A stretch of 57,133 bases of DNA from Chloroflexota bacterium (GCA_034189315.1 JAXHVC010000003.1:1-57133), one strand, 5' to 3'; shown: positions 8,328-18,455, counted from the first letter of the stretch. Notes: a model not told the origin generated them from the letters alone. Translations and numbers: made by a program.

Positions 8328-9242
8328 GTGTATCGCAGAATGCTCGTTCCACTGGACGGATCAAAACTCGCTGAGGTTGTCTTTGTTTATGCAAAAGAAC
8401 TAGCTGGCAGGTTAGATTTAGATGTGATTCTACTAAGTGTGTATTCTCCAAATGAGAAAGGCAGCACAATGCATCGAGCATACATCGATCTTGCAGCCGA
8501 AACCATACAGCGTGAAGCCATAAATATACAAGAAAATAGTGGGGGACGTCATGGAAGCAGAACCCTGACAGCGACCGGAGAACTAGCAGAAGGTTACCCC
8601 GCAGAAGAGATCCTACGTTATGCTGATGAGAACGATATAGACCTCATTCTAATGGCGAGCCATGGTCACTCGGGGATTAGGAGATGGGCAATGGGAAGCG
8701 TGGCGGAAAAGGTTTTGCAGTCATCCAAAGCACCTGTATTGCTCATTCGATCTTGTGTTCCTGAAGATATTGTTTACGATAGATGGTCGAGGACAACCCT
8801 GCTGGTCCCTTTGGATGGATCACATATGTCTGAATCAGTATTGCCTCATATCGAAGCACTAGCGAAACAGCATGGTCGTCAGCAAGTAGATATCACGCTT
8901 CTGCATGTCGCAGAGGATCCTTCTATGGTATCTCAATTGGACCGTTTTTTAATCCACAAAGATTATACGGATAACGCAGACGAGCACTATCCCTATACAG
9001 ATGAAGAATACCTAGCCCGAGTCGCTAGACAGCTTAAAGACAAACAGCTTTCAGTTAGCTCAGTGGTATTGGAAGGTCGGCCTGCTGATGAGATAGTTGA
9101 CTATGCTAATCAAAACCACTTTAATCTTATTGTTATGGCAACACACGGTCGTTCCGGACTTAGTAGATGGGCTTATGGAAGTGTCGCTAACAAGGTTCTT
9201 CTTGGAGTTTGCACTCCACTCTTCCTGATACGACCACAATAA
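8328..9242 (+). CDS. tandem universal stress protein (two UspA domains)
   Basis: There are two copies of the Usp pattern: RMLVPLDGS...MASHGHSGIRRWAMGSVAEKVL and TLLVPLDGS...MATHGRSGLSRWAYGSVANKVL. GAGAGGTG SD lies 5 nt before GTG 8328. ATG 8310 and TTG 8307 are alternative starts. Confidence 0.85.
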   Translation: MYRRMLVPLDGSKLAEVVFVYAKELAGRLDLDVILLSVYSPNEKGSTMHRAYIDLAAETIQREAINIQENSGGRHGSRTLTATGELAEGYPAEEILRYADENDIDLILMASHGHSGIRRWAMGSVAEKVLQSSKAPVLLIRSCVPEDIVYDRWSRTTLLVPLDGSHMSESVLPHIEALAKQHGRQQVDITLLHVAEDPSMVSQLDRFLIHKDYTDNADEHYPYTDEEYLARVARQLKDKQLSVSSVVLEGRPADEIVDYANQNHFNLIVMATHGRSGLSRWAYGSVANKVLLGVCTPLFLIRPQ

Positions 9243-9281
9243 CCATCTTGCTCTCACAACCACTTATGAAAGGGGTGATGA

Positions 9282-12008
9282 ATGCTCACAAGCTTAGAGA
9301 GCACCAGCTTGGAGAGATTTGAGTCAAGGGTTATTTTGAAAGATGGCTCGACACTGGACCTACGTGCCATACGCCACGACGACGAACAGAAAATGGTGGC
9401 TTTTCTCTACCGTCTCACACATTCCTCCTCTTATTTCAGATTTCACCATGCGCTCGCTCAAGTATCCAAGGAAGATGCAAAACGCCTTTGTTCAGTTGAT
9501 TACCAGGATTCCTTTGCTATTGTTGGGACAAGTGGACAGCCGCCACAAGAAAGAATCATCGCTGTAGCCCATTATCACCGTCTTCCTAAGAGGGATACAG
9601 CAGAGGTTACATTTCTTGTAGAAGATAAACACCAAGGTAAAGGCATCGGGAGTCACCTACTACAGCAGCTGACAATACAGGCAAGAAAGAGAGGCATCCG
9701 CTTTTTTGAGGGAGAAGTACTTGCCGAAAATCAGCGTATGATGAAAACATTACAGGGTAGTGGTCTCACAATTGCCACCGATCCTGAATATGGTATCTCA
9801 CGCCAAAGGGTTGACATTGCCCCTACAGCAGCGGCCGAAGAGAAGTCTGAAGAACGAGATAGGATAGCCACAGTAGCATCCCTCCAGGCATTCCTAAATC
9901 CACGCTCAATCGCAGTTGTTGGCGCCTCCAGAAGACAAGGATCTATAGGTAACAAGCTCTTTCGCAATATACTGCTTCAAGGATTTACCGGTACACTCTA
10001 CCCAGTCAATCCAAATGCCTCAGCAGTGTCATCAGTAAGAACCTATTCATCCATCTTCGACATCCCTGGGGAAATCGACTTAGCAGTGATTGTGGTTCCG
10101 GCAGAAGGCGTCCTCCAAACAGTCGAAGCATGTGGTAGGCATGGCGTACGTGGAGTGATAGTGATTTCTGCAGGTTTCGGTGAGACTGGAGCCCAAGGAG
10201 AAAGGACGCAGGAACAACTATTATACACGGCACGCAACTATGGGATGCGGCTTTTAGGTCCCAACTGCATGGGTGTAATCAACACCAATCCCGAGATAAA
10301 CATGAACGCAACATTCTCCTCTATTACTCCCCCAGCAGGGAATATCGCCTTGTGCAGCCAGAGTGGAGCACTTGGGCTAGCTATTCTGGAGTATACTCAG
10401 AACCTCAATATCGGGCTCTCCAACTTTATTAGTATAGGAAATAGAGCAGACATCTCCAGTAACGACTTGCTACAATATTGGGAGGTAGATCCAGCAACCA
10501 AAGTTATTCTCCTATACCTAGAATCATTTGGTAATCCGAGGGAGTTTGCACGCATCGCTCCAAGAGTTACCAGGATCAAACCTGTGGTCGCCGTGAAAAG
10601 CGGTAGAACCCCAGCAGGATCCAAGGCAGCTGCTTCGCATACAGGCGCTCTAGCCACCACAGATGTAGCACCAGACGCACTCTTTAGGCAGGCAGGCATA
10701 GTCAGAGTTAACACCCTCGAGGAACTGTTCGATGTTGCTAATCTCTTATCTCATCAACCAGTACCATCAGGGAATAGGGTGGCCATTCTGACCAATGGGG
10801 GAGGGCCAGGAATCATGACAGCTGATGCCTGTGCTACCAGAGGGCTAGAAGTTGCAACTCTCTCAGCAGAGACAATTGATAACCTCAGAAACCTACTTCC
10901 TCGCGGAGCTGGTCTTGCCAATCCCATAGATATGACAGCAGAGGCCAATCCCGAACACTATGAACAAGCTCTTAAACTATTGGCTAGAGATGATAATATC
11001 GACAGTACAATTGTGATTTTCATACCACCTATTCTCACAACATCACAAGCAGTAGCCAATTCCATCCGTAAAGTAGCACCACATTTCCGTGAGCGAGGAA
11101 AGGTTCTTCTTGCCTCATTGATGGGCTCCTATGGTATCACAGTTGGAAACACACAAGAAGGATATGTTCCCAGCTACTCTTTCCCAGAAGCCTCGGCAGG
11201 AGCACTTGCCAAAGCTTGTGAGTACGGTAATTGGATAAGAAAGCCAAAAGGCATAGTACCTTTGCTACAAAACACAAATAAGCTCAAGGCCTCTCAGATC
11301 GTCAAGTCGGCGCTTTCCAACAGTCCCCAGGGACAATACTGGCTAGATGCACTATCTGTTATCAAACTACTTGAATGCTACGGCATCCAAGTAGTTGAGT
11401 CAAAGACAGCCTCAACTGCTAAGGAAGCTGCATTAGTTGCAGACCAACTTGAATACCCTGTATGCGTCAAACTACTCTCAGATACAATCACGCATAAGAC
11501 AGAAGTTGGAGGTGTTATTCTCAACCTTCGCACACCGAGACAAGTAGAGAAAGCTTTTTCTCAAACTAGACAACGCTTAGCGGCCATGTCCAAAGAGGAT
11601 GAAATGCAAGGTGTGCTCATCCAAAAAATGATACCCGATGGGGTGGAGGTGATTGTTGGTGTGACTCAGGATCCTCTGTTCGGTCCATTAACTATGTTCG
11701 GTATGGGAGGTACATATGCAGAGCTATTCAAGGACGTTTCTTTTCGCATTCACCCTCTTACAGATGTGGATGTTCGTGAAATGATCCAATCTGTAAAGAC
11801 CTACCAGTTGCTGGAAGGATGGAGGGGATCTAAACGCGCGGACATTGAATCTATTGAGGACCTTCTACTCAGGGTTTCACAAATGGTAGAAGACATCCCT
11901 CAGATAACAGAGCTTGATCTTAATCCTGTGAAGGTACTTGAAGATAATAACGGTTATCAGGTAGTCGATGCAAGGATACTACTTACACGGGTACAACAAA
12001 ACACCTAA
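9282..12008 (+). CDS. GNAT acetyltransferase fused to an ADP-forming acyl-CoA synthetase (CoA-binding + ligase-CoA + ATP-grasp); Pat-like with GNAT at the N-terminus
   Basis: N-terminal GNAT motif A-like segment (VEDKHQGKGIGSHLLQQL). CoA-binding Rossmann segment (PRSIAVVGASRRQGSIGNKLF). Conserved phosphohistidine loop (AASHTGALA). C-terminal ATP-grasp region. 908 aa in total. Confidence 0.9.
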   Translation: MLTSLESTSLERFESRVILKDGSTLDLRAIRHDDEQKMVAFLYRLTHSSSYFRFHHALAQVSKEDAKRLCSVDYQDSFAIVGTSGQPPQERIIAVAHYHRLPKRDTAEVTFLVEDKHQGKGIGSHLLQQLTIQARKRGIRFFEGEVLAENQRMMKTLQGSGLTIATDPEYGISRQRVDIAPTAAAEEKSEERDRIATVASLQAFLNPRSIAVVGASRRQGSIGNKLFRNILLQGFTGTLYPVNPNASAVSSVRTYSSIFDIPGEIDLAVIVVPAEGVLQTVEACGRHGVRGVIVISAGFGETGAQGERTQEQLLYTARNYGMRLLGPNCMGVINTNPEINMNATFSSITPPAGNIALCSQSGALGLAILEYTQNLNIGLSNFISIGNRADISSNDLLQYWEVDPATKVILLYLESFGNPREFARIAPRVTRIKPVVAVKSGRTPAGSKAAASHTGALATTDVAPDALFRQAGIVRVNTLEELFDVANLLSHQPVPSGNRVAILTNGGGPGIMTADACATRGLEVATLSAETIDNLRNLLPRGAGLANPIDMTAEANPEHYEQALKLLARDDNIDSTIVIFIPPILTTSQAVANSIRKVAPHFRERGKVLLASLMGSYGITVGNTQEGYVPSYSFPEASAGALAKACEYGNWIRKPKGIVPLLQNTNKLKASQIVKSALSNSPQGQYWLDALSVIKLLECYGIQVVESKTASTAKEAALVADQLEYPVCVKLLSDTITHKTEVGGVILNLRTPRQVEKAFSQTRQRLAAMSKEDEMQGVLIQKMIPDGVEVIVGVTQDPLFGPLTMFGMGGTYAELFKDVSFRIHPLTDVDVREMIQSVKTYQLLEGWRGSKRADIESIEDLLLRVSQMVEDIPQITELDLNPVKVLEDNNGYQVVDARILLTRVQQNT

Positions 12009-12535
12009 TCGTAATAAACGAATGCATTTGATTTGATGACAGCATTGTGATTTAGCATTGTGCTGGCAAAGATTAGTTAAATGTCTTTCTTATACATTCA
12101 AATGTTATAGAAGGCCCAATAGCAAGAAAACCTTCAATTCATGAAGGCTTTCGATAGAAACATACTCATTTGTATTACAGCATACAAATTGTTGTCAGTT
12201 GATATATTGGCTATTGCCAGATTCTTTTATATAGCGAATACCTTAACAATAACATATGCAATCAAACCTAAATATACCACCGAGAAACCATAAGCAAAAA
12301 CCGCTTTTACCATCGTTCACCCCCTTATACTAGGTGATAGGAGTATCGTTTACTTTTTGTTTACTCCTCTATCCATCTCATTTACTGTATATCCTTAAAG
12401 TGTATCACTTGGTAAATAAGATGAAATAAACCACCGAATATATGAGGAAGTTTTTGTGAAAACAGGTAAATCCTGCCCATGCTATACTAGATGGCTTCTC
12501 TTAGACAACCCGACTGCGATCATCGATACATAAAT

Positions 12536-14338
12536 CTATGTCTTAGACCTATGGACCCTCTTTACCACTCCATAATACATAATTCCACCCAAAAGTACAC
12601 CGCCTACACCCCATGCTATGATAGTGCCCCAAGGAAAACCTTCATCTGCAGGAAGGTCTTCCACAGATTGTGAAATAGGTTCCGATTCTGTTACAAAAGA
12701 CCACAAGGGACCTTCGGACGAGGCACTATGGCCATCGGTAGAAACGATCTTCCAATAGTACTTAGTATCATAATTCAATACACCCGGAGAACATGTTCTA
12801 GCCGCCTGCTGAGCCAAAAACAGTTGGGGTGATTCTTGCTCTCCAAAATAGACGTCATACGTAACAGCATCCCCGACATCGGGATCTCCACCAGTCCAGG
12901 TCAATAAACCCTCCAATGGTATATTAGTTGCGTCCGCCAATGGTGTTGGATTGCAAGGCACACATGGAGGTTCGTTCGAATCATAAAGAACTACTACACC
13001 TAAATCTTTAAGTTTGGGAACTATGGTATTCAGACTGGTTGACTCAATTGGATTGTCTCTAACATCAACTCCATCTCTTTCACCTATTCCCCTTGATTGC
13101 TCTAAAGCACTCAAATCCCTTATGTTATTTCCACGTAGACCTAAGCACACGAGCTCACCTGCACGCCCATCAAGGTATATATCCTCAGCTTCTCCTAGTT
13201 TCTCTAGTTCCTCAAGTCCGGATATATCCTCAATCACATTTCGATCAAAGTAAACTGTCTTTAACTCTGTCAATGATGACACACCATCGATATCCGCTAT
13301 GCGGTTATAAGCCAGGTCTAGGTGCTCTAAGTTAACAAGGCCCTTAATTGGCGATATGCTTTTAATGGAGTTCCAACTCAAATCCAGGTAGGTAAGTTCA
13401 AGAAGACCATTTAAGGAGCCAATATCCGTTATATCATTCGATCCAAGGTGAAGGGATACCAATGAGGACAATCCTGATATTGGGGCTACATCACTTATCT
13501 GATTGAACGTTAAATCTAATGACTCCAATTCATCAACCTTAGATATTGGGGATATGTCGCTTAGCTCATTCCATCCGAGATCAAGATTAATTAGTTCGGT
13601 CATACCGGATATATCTGATATATCTGTAAGAATGTTTCCAGACAAGTCGAGTTCTTTGAGGTTCTTCAATCCCGATATTGGAGAGATATCTTCTATCTTA
13701 TTCGACTCAAGATAAAGCTTATTCAGCGAGATAAGTCCAGATATCGAAGAGAGCTGGTCAATCTTGTTCCAACTTAGATGTAATTCTCTGAGAGCGCTCA
13801 TTGAAGAAAGTGACGGAATTCTACCTATACCACAACCCTCAAGATATAGTTCCGAAAGCTCAGACAGTTGGACAATTGCAGTAACATCTTCTATCTCATT
13901 CCAACTAAGATCAAGCCTTGTTAGGTTTTCCAACACCTCAAGACCAGAGATATCGCTTACCTTGTTACCCCTAAGATCCAGCTTCCTTAGTTCCAATAGC
14001 TCTGAAATTGAGGAAATATCATCAATTTCATTCCAACTAAGGTCAAGTTCTCTTATATTCGTACAGTATTGAAGACCCGTAATGTCATTTATATTGTTTT
14101 TAGATAGGTCAAGTACCGTAATTGTCTCGAGATCTGATGAAGAAATCTCTCCTTCGTCCTTCTCAATAGCCTTTCTTATTTCTATATCCAGATTGGGATC
14201 AGGAAAGATTATATCGGCCTCCCCCGATACAACCTTCCCCCCTACACACGAAACCGAAAACAACACCATTATCAAGATTATACCTACAGCTTTTACAGTG
14301 TGCTGATCCAATAATCTTATATTGCACATTACACCCAT
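12536..14338 (-). CDS. leucine-rich-repeat (internalin-like) surface protein with an FN3-like domain and a C-terminal TM anchor
   Basis: About 15 consecutive 22-aa LRR units (LxxLxLxxNxIxDISxLSxL; 66-nt periodicity between roughly 13100 and 14150). N-terminal signal or lipoprotein-like peptide (LFSVSCVGG). FN3-like segment (TWTGGDPDVGDAVTYDVYFG...YYWKIVSTDG). Terminal helix plus basic tail KRVHRSK. Confidence 0.9.
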   Translation of the reverse strand: MGVMCNIRLLDQHTVKAVGIILIMVLFSVSCVGGKVVSGEADIIFPDPNLDIEIRKAIEKDEGEISSSDLETITVLDLSKNNINDITGLQYCTNIRELDLSWNEIDDISSISELLELRKLDLRGNKVSDISGLEVLENLTRLDLSWNEIEDVTAIVQLSELSELYLEGCGIGRIPSLSSMSALRELHLSWNKIDQLSSISGLISLNKLYLESNKIEDISPISGLKNLKELDLSGNILTDISDISGMTELINLDLGWNELSDISPISKVDELESLDLTFNQISDVAPISGLSSLVSLHLGSNDITDIGSLNGLLELTYLDLSWNSIKSISPIKGLVNLEHLDLAYNRIADIDGVSSLTELKTVYFDRNVIEDISGLEELEKLGEAEDIYLDGRAGELVCLGLRGNNIRDLSALEQSRGIGERDGVDVRDNPIESTSLNTIVPKLKDLGVVVLYDSNEPPCVPCNPTPLADATNIPLEGLLTWTGGDPDVGDAVTYDVYFGEQESPQLFLAQQAARTCSPGVLNYDTKYYWKIVSTDGHSASSEGPLWSFVTESEPISQSVEDLPADEGFPWGTIIAWGVGGVLLGGIMYYGVVKRVHRSKT

Positions 14339-14475
14339 CGAAACCTAATCCACCCCCATCAATTCTGTGACACTCTGTTCTTGTCACTCCTTGTCTCAAT
14401 AAAACACATACTCTTCTGTTGTGTAGTCTCTAATACAAAAACAAAAGATGTGATTCTAGACTACCTACGCATATC

Positions 14476-15324
14476 TTAGACTAACTGTTTTCTTTTCACC
14501 TGTCTAATCAGACCATGTCCCACCATTGCCAATGGAATCAATAGAGACACAACCATCCCACAGATACCAGCCCAGGACTTAGCCAGACGCTCACCCATCA
14601 TCTGATCTTCCTCTGCTGGTTCAAATAGATGAGGTATAGTTTCTCCAACAAAGTTGCTTGCGGTAATAAGTTCATCTTCACTATTTCCCTCAGGTGAAGC
14701 ATCTAGAGATACTTCAACGAGCGTAACACTATCCTCAAACATACGACCCTTAACATAGAAATAGACTACCACTTCACGCTGTACAGGAACATCGTCTGTC
14801 TCGAAACTGGCCAACATACTTTTAGCCACTATAGGATTTGACAGAGCACCATCTATATCAACTACTTGCTGACTTGCCCAATCTGTATCCTGTACCTGAA
14901 TCTCTACAGTCCCCTCCTCCTCCACTTTCCATCCCGCAGCTCTATAGCATACAGGGGGAGGATGAAAGCTTGACCGATCGTCACTTTGTAATACGACAAA
15001 GTTAATTGGCTGATAATACTTTATATTCAAGTATGTTCGAAGGAGAAGACAATCTCCACCCAGTCTCTCCGCTGCCTGTGCTGCATCATAGTCCAATCCA
15101 AGCCAATCCCCAAACCTCATGGGGAATTCAACTATATGTTCAGGATTTCCAATATCCATCTTGGTACGTACTGGTGTTTCATAATCAGTCATCTGATTTA
15201 GGTCCGCACCTATGAATGTAGCTTTCTGAGCAAATATCATATCCGGTGGTGAAAGTAGCACAACAAGTACTATGGCAAAGAGAATAAGACCAATTAATAG
15301 CGAATACCTTGATATGTAATTCAT
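14476..15324 (-). CDS. EpsI-family-like (exosortase-associated, DUF3485-type) membrane protein
   Basis: N-terminal TM helix. The segment SSFHPPPVCYRAAGWKVE matches the H-x-P-x-x-C-x-x-x-GW signature I associate with EpsI/DUF3485. An additional C-terminal TM helix is followed by RQVKRK. ATG 15324 is preferred over GTG 15336; neither has a clear SD. Confidence 0.55.
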   Translation of the reverse strand: MNYISRYSLLIGLILFAIVLVVLLSPPDMIFAQKATFIGADLNQMTDYETPVRTKMDIGNPEHIVEFPMRFGDWLGLDYDAAQAAERLGGDCLLLRTYLNIKYYQPINFVVLQSDDRSSFHPPPVCYRAAGWKVEEEGTVEIQVQDTDWASQQVVDIDGALSNPIVAKSMLASFETDDVPVQREVVVYFYVKGRMFEDSVTLVEVSLDASPEGNSEDELITASNFVGETIPHLFEPAEEDQMMGERLAKSWAGICGMVVSLLIPLAMVGHGLIRQVKRKQLV

Positions 15325-15744
15325 AATGATAACCACGTTCCAAATCTAGTATTTCAATAAATAATCAATTCCCCATAAACATTGATACATGTCTAATCCT
15401 GTCCGTTAGCTTGATGTCACAGGGAACTCATGTAATTGACATTAACTTTGCGACTACTTGTCAATTTACTTTTCCCCTAAACGTCAACCATATAAAAGTA
15501 AGTGCCTATAATGTGAAACGGCGGAAGTAATTCTCCCGCCGTAACATATAATCACATATAAACCTCAGGCACTTAGATTACCCCATTCATCTAAGCTATA
15601 TATCCCTAATCAAAAGGCTTCTTTAGTACGCATACGCTACGATCCAGACGATTACCGATTTTCTTCGGGAACTATCCGCGATAATTGATAACAGTGCACA
15701 CTAGAAAAAACCAGTAGCAAAGCTAACGAGCTTGAACAGGCTAG

Positions 15745-16344
15745 CTATGCTTTTCTCCAAGAATATCTCCTTATCCCAAAATAGGTACCAACTCCAACTA
15801 ATCCCAATCCCAATAGAAGCACTGTTGGTAATTCTGGCATTACCTTAAAACCTGGTTCACTTATATCAATAGCATCTAGGACATCGTCATCTTCATCGAA
15901 TATCCCATTCCCTTGAACACTGCTACTTGTGGGATGCTTATCCAGCACTATTTCATAGTAATTGCCTACGTATCCTGTCCCATTAGGAACAGTCCATACA
16001 AGTACTGGAGCATTCTTAATTGTTCCACTTCCGTCCGTCTCTACAACAACACCTGTAAAACCTACCCCACCCAATTTGTCCAGTAATTGCCAAGGACAAG
16101 CCACCACACCCTCTTTATACTCCACTATCCACACATCATATTTGGCATTATTACTCAGCCCATCAGCCTGTATATAAACCTCATTCGGCCCACCAAAATC
16201 CATCGGTTTGAATTCATCAAGCGTATCACCCTGGTCATCACACGACATGTTTCCATTCGCCGACACCGTTCCTACACAGGCAATTAACAAAACAAGAACC
16301 GATACTACTACCCCTACAACCATTAAGAATCTAACTCTAGCCAT
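15745..16344 (-). CDS. small secreted beta-rich protein with a PEP-CTERM-like C-terminal sorting tail
   Basis: AAGGGGGTG SD precedes ATG 16344 (MARVRFLMVVGVVVSVLVLLIACVGTVSA signal peptide). The C-terminus PELPTVLLLGLGLVGVGTYFGIRRYSWRKA has a Pro/Glu motif, a Gly/Leu-rich helix and an Arg-rich end, as in PEP-CTERM-class signals. Confidence 0.65.
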   Translation of the reverse strand: MARVRFLMVVGVVVSVLVLLIACVGTVSANGNMSCDDQGDTLDEFKPMDFGGPNEVYIQADGLSNNAKYDVWIVEYKEGVVACPWQLLDKLGGVGFTGVVVETDGSGTIKNAPVLVWTVPNGTGYVGNYYEIVLDKHPTSSSVQGNGIFDEDDDVLDAIDISEPGFKVMPELPTVLLLGLGLVGVGTYFGIRRYSWRKA

Positions 16345-16936
16345 AGGTCCACCCCCTTGTTTTAAAGGAAACCTCACGCCCCCTCCCCCCCAGAAGTACA
16401 CCACACCTATTTCTCTATACAAGAATAATTGAGATCACTATAACCATAAACCAAACAAATAACTGTTTCCCAACAGCTCTTACATGTATATATTATCATT
16501 TTTAAAAGAAAAATCTAGATATATACTACTTATAACATCTTGTTTCGTTAATAAATCTAACTTTATCATCGTCTCCGATAATGTCAATCATCATTTTCTC
16601 CACTATAGTTCTAAAAATCACAACAAGCTACTATTAACCATATTACCTATAGGAACTAACAATGATACATATCTAATAATTCTGTATATCTTCCAAATCC
16701 ACATGATGTTGACCCGACTCGTCAGCCCAAATTATAATTCGATATGGTCAACTATTACTCTCTGACGGTGTTTTGTTGGTAGTTGTAACCATAATACCTA
16801 CGTAGTAACTCTTTCTCTCTTATAATGATAATGACACTCAAGGAATTTCCCATCATTCATCATTGATGATACATATTTCATCACACTATACTCATACTAA
16901 ATCCAACACATATATACAATACTAAGGAGAAACAGA

Positions 16937-18007
16937 ATGATTAGAACCAAGCTTTGCGATCTGCTAGGAATAAGACACCCTTTGATACAGGCAGGAATGG
17001 GACCATATAGTACCAACAACCTAGCTATTGCTGCCGCAAATGCCGGTATATTAGGCATCATCAGCACTAGTGGAGCTCAAATGGGTATATTATCCCAGAT
17101 TGCACCTTATGTAGGAGAGGGTACTCCATACGAAATTACCCGACGTATGATCAAGCGAGTGGAAGAAAACACCAGGGAATCCCAGGGCATATTTGGTATG
17201 AATGTTATGGTATCTGCGGAGATAAAAGAGATGGCAGAACCGGTGGTAAAAGCAGCCCTCGATGCCAGAAATGAAGAACCAGAGATCCATTCAAGGATGA
17301 GAGTTATTATCACTACAGCGGGAGATCCTATGCCATGGGCTGATATCATAAAACCATCTGGAGTGAAGTGGTTTCATGCTGTTCCTTCGGTACGTCATGC
17401 CAAGAGATGTGAAAAGGCTGGAGTGGATGCGATCATTGCACAGGGACAAGAGGCAGGGGCCCATGTTGCTTGGGAACCAGTACATACCATAGTTCTTCTC
17501 CCTGCAGTAACCAGAGCAGTAAGTGTGCCAGTTATTGGCACTGGGGGATTTTGTGATGGTTCCACATTGGTTGCAGCCCTGGCACTCGGTGCATGTGGTG
17601 TTCAGATGGGCACCAGATTCATAGCTACACAAGAATGTGAATTCGAGCCTCTATTAAAAGATACCATGCTCAAGAAAGATGAAAGGGAAACCATTATAGC
17701 TCGTGGTTTCGTAGGCCCATTCAGGTACCTTAAGAACAAAGCATCTATTGAGTTGGCAGATTTAACAATCAAGCGAGCACCAGGGCTATTTCTTGGCCAA
17801 CCGGACCTCACACTCGATTCCGAACTCGCTTCTAAGGAAATCCAGAGCTTTGGTGGGTTGATTGAGGGAGGTGATGAAGAGAATACCCTCCTACCAGGAG
17901 GTGAGGTAACAGGAAGAATCAACAATATTCCTATGGTAAGCGAGCTTGTAGAACAAATCATGCAAGAAGCAGAAGAGACGCTTAGGTCCCTTGCTCAATA
18001 TGAATAG
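16937..18007 (+). CDS. NAD(P)H-dependent FMN oxidoreductase of the nitronate monooxygenase / FabK-like family
   Basis: AAGGAG SD 7 nt upstream of the start. Family-typical segments LGIRHPLIQAGMG, DAIIAQGQEAGAH, PVIGTGGFCDGSTLVAALALGACGVQMGTRF. Confidence 0.85.
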   Translation: MIRTKLCDLLGIRHPLIQAGMGPYSTNNLAIAAANAGILGIISTSGAQMGILSQIAPYVGEGTPYEITRRMIKRVEENTRESQGIFGMNVMVSAEIKEMAEPVVKAALDARNEEPEIHSRMRVIITTAGDPMPWADIIKPSGVKWFHAVPSVRHAKRCEKAGVDAIIAQGQEAGAHVAWEPVHTIVLLPAVTRAVSVPVIGTGGFCDGSTLVAALALGACGVQMGTRFIATQECEFEPLLKDTMLKKDERETIIARGFVGPFRYLKNKASIELADLTIKRAPGLFLGQPDLTLDSELASKEIQSFGGLIEGGDEENTLLPGGEVTGRINNIPMVSELVEQIMQEAEETLRSLAQYE

Positions 18008-18378
18008 AATAGCCCATATTCTTAGGAAGGCGTCAACAGACAAACTCAAGTATGCTCTGATGTTTTTAGCCGAGAGCATTTATCACTATAACTCATGTCC
18101 ATTCAAGTCGCCACCAATAGGATTTATTACTGTGAGAACTATATCAACTAGCATCCATAAGTATAATCCTGCTATCGAACATTCCTATCTACACATGCTA
18201 GAGTCCTCAATACTGCACCATAACCACACTTCACTGTACTTATACTAAATACCTAGGATTATCCAAGCGACACAGTCACCACTTAACCTCAGGGAACTAA
18301 GTGCATAAACGGCATCAATGCAGCAAGACAGAGGAGAGACAGATATCTGATTTTACTTTGAATTAAATCGAGGATATT

Positions 18379-18455
18379 TGGTAGCGCATACCGGATTCGA
18401 ACCGGTGATCTCCTCCTTGAGAGGGAGGTGTCCTAAACCCCTAGACGAATGCGCC
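18379..18455 (-). tRNA. tRNA-Glu (anticodon CUC), CCA encoded
   Basis: The reverse complement GGCGCAT-TC-GTCTAGGGGTTTAGGAC-A-CCTCC-CTCTCAA-GGAGG-AGATC-ACCGG-TTCGAAT-CCGGT-ATGCGCT-A-CCA folds as a cloverleaf. The anticodon loop is CT-CTC-AA and the T-loop is TTCGAAT. Confidence 0.9.

Noticed and set aside
16484-16765. 93-aa ORF in an AT-rich spacer (similar cases at 17991..18248, 48717..48929, 49067..49276)
   Set aside because: Its composition (Asn/Ile/Leu/Tyr-rich) reflects AT-rich non-coding DNA. There is no SD and no homology.
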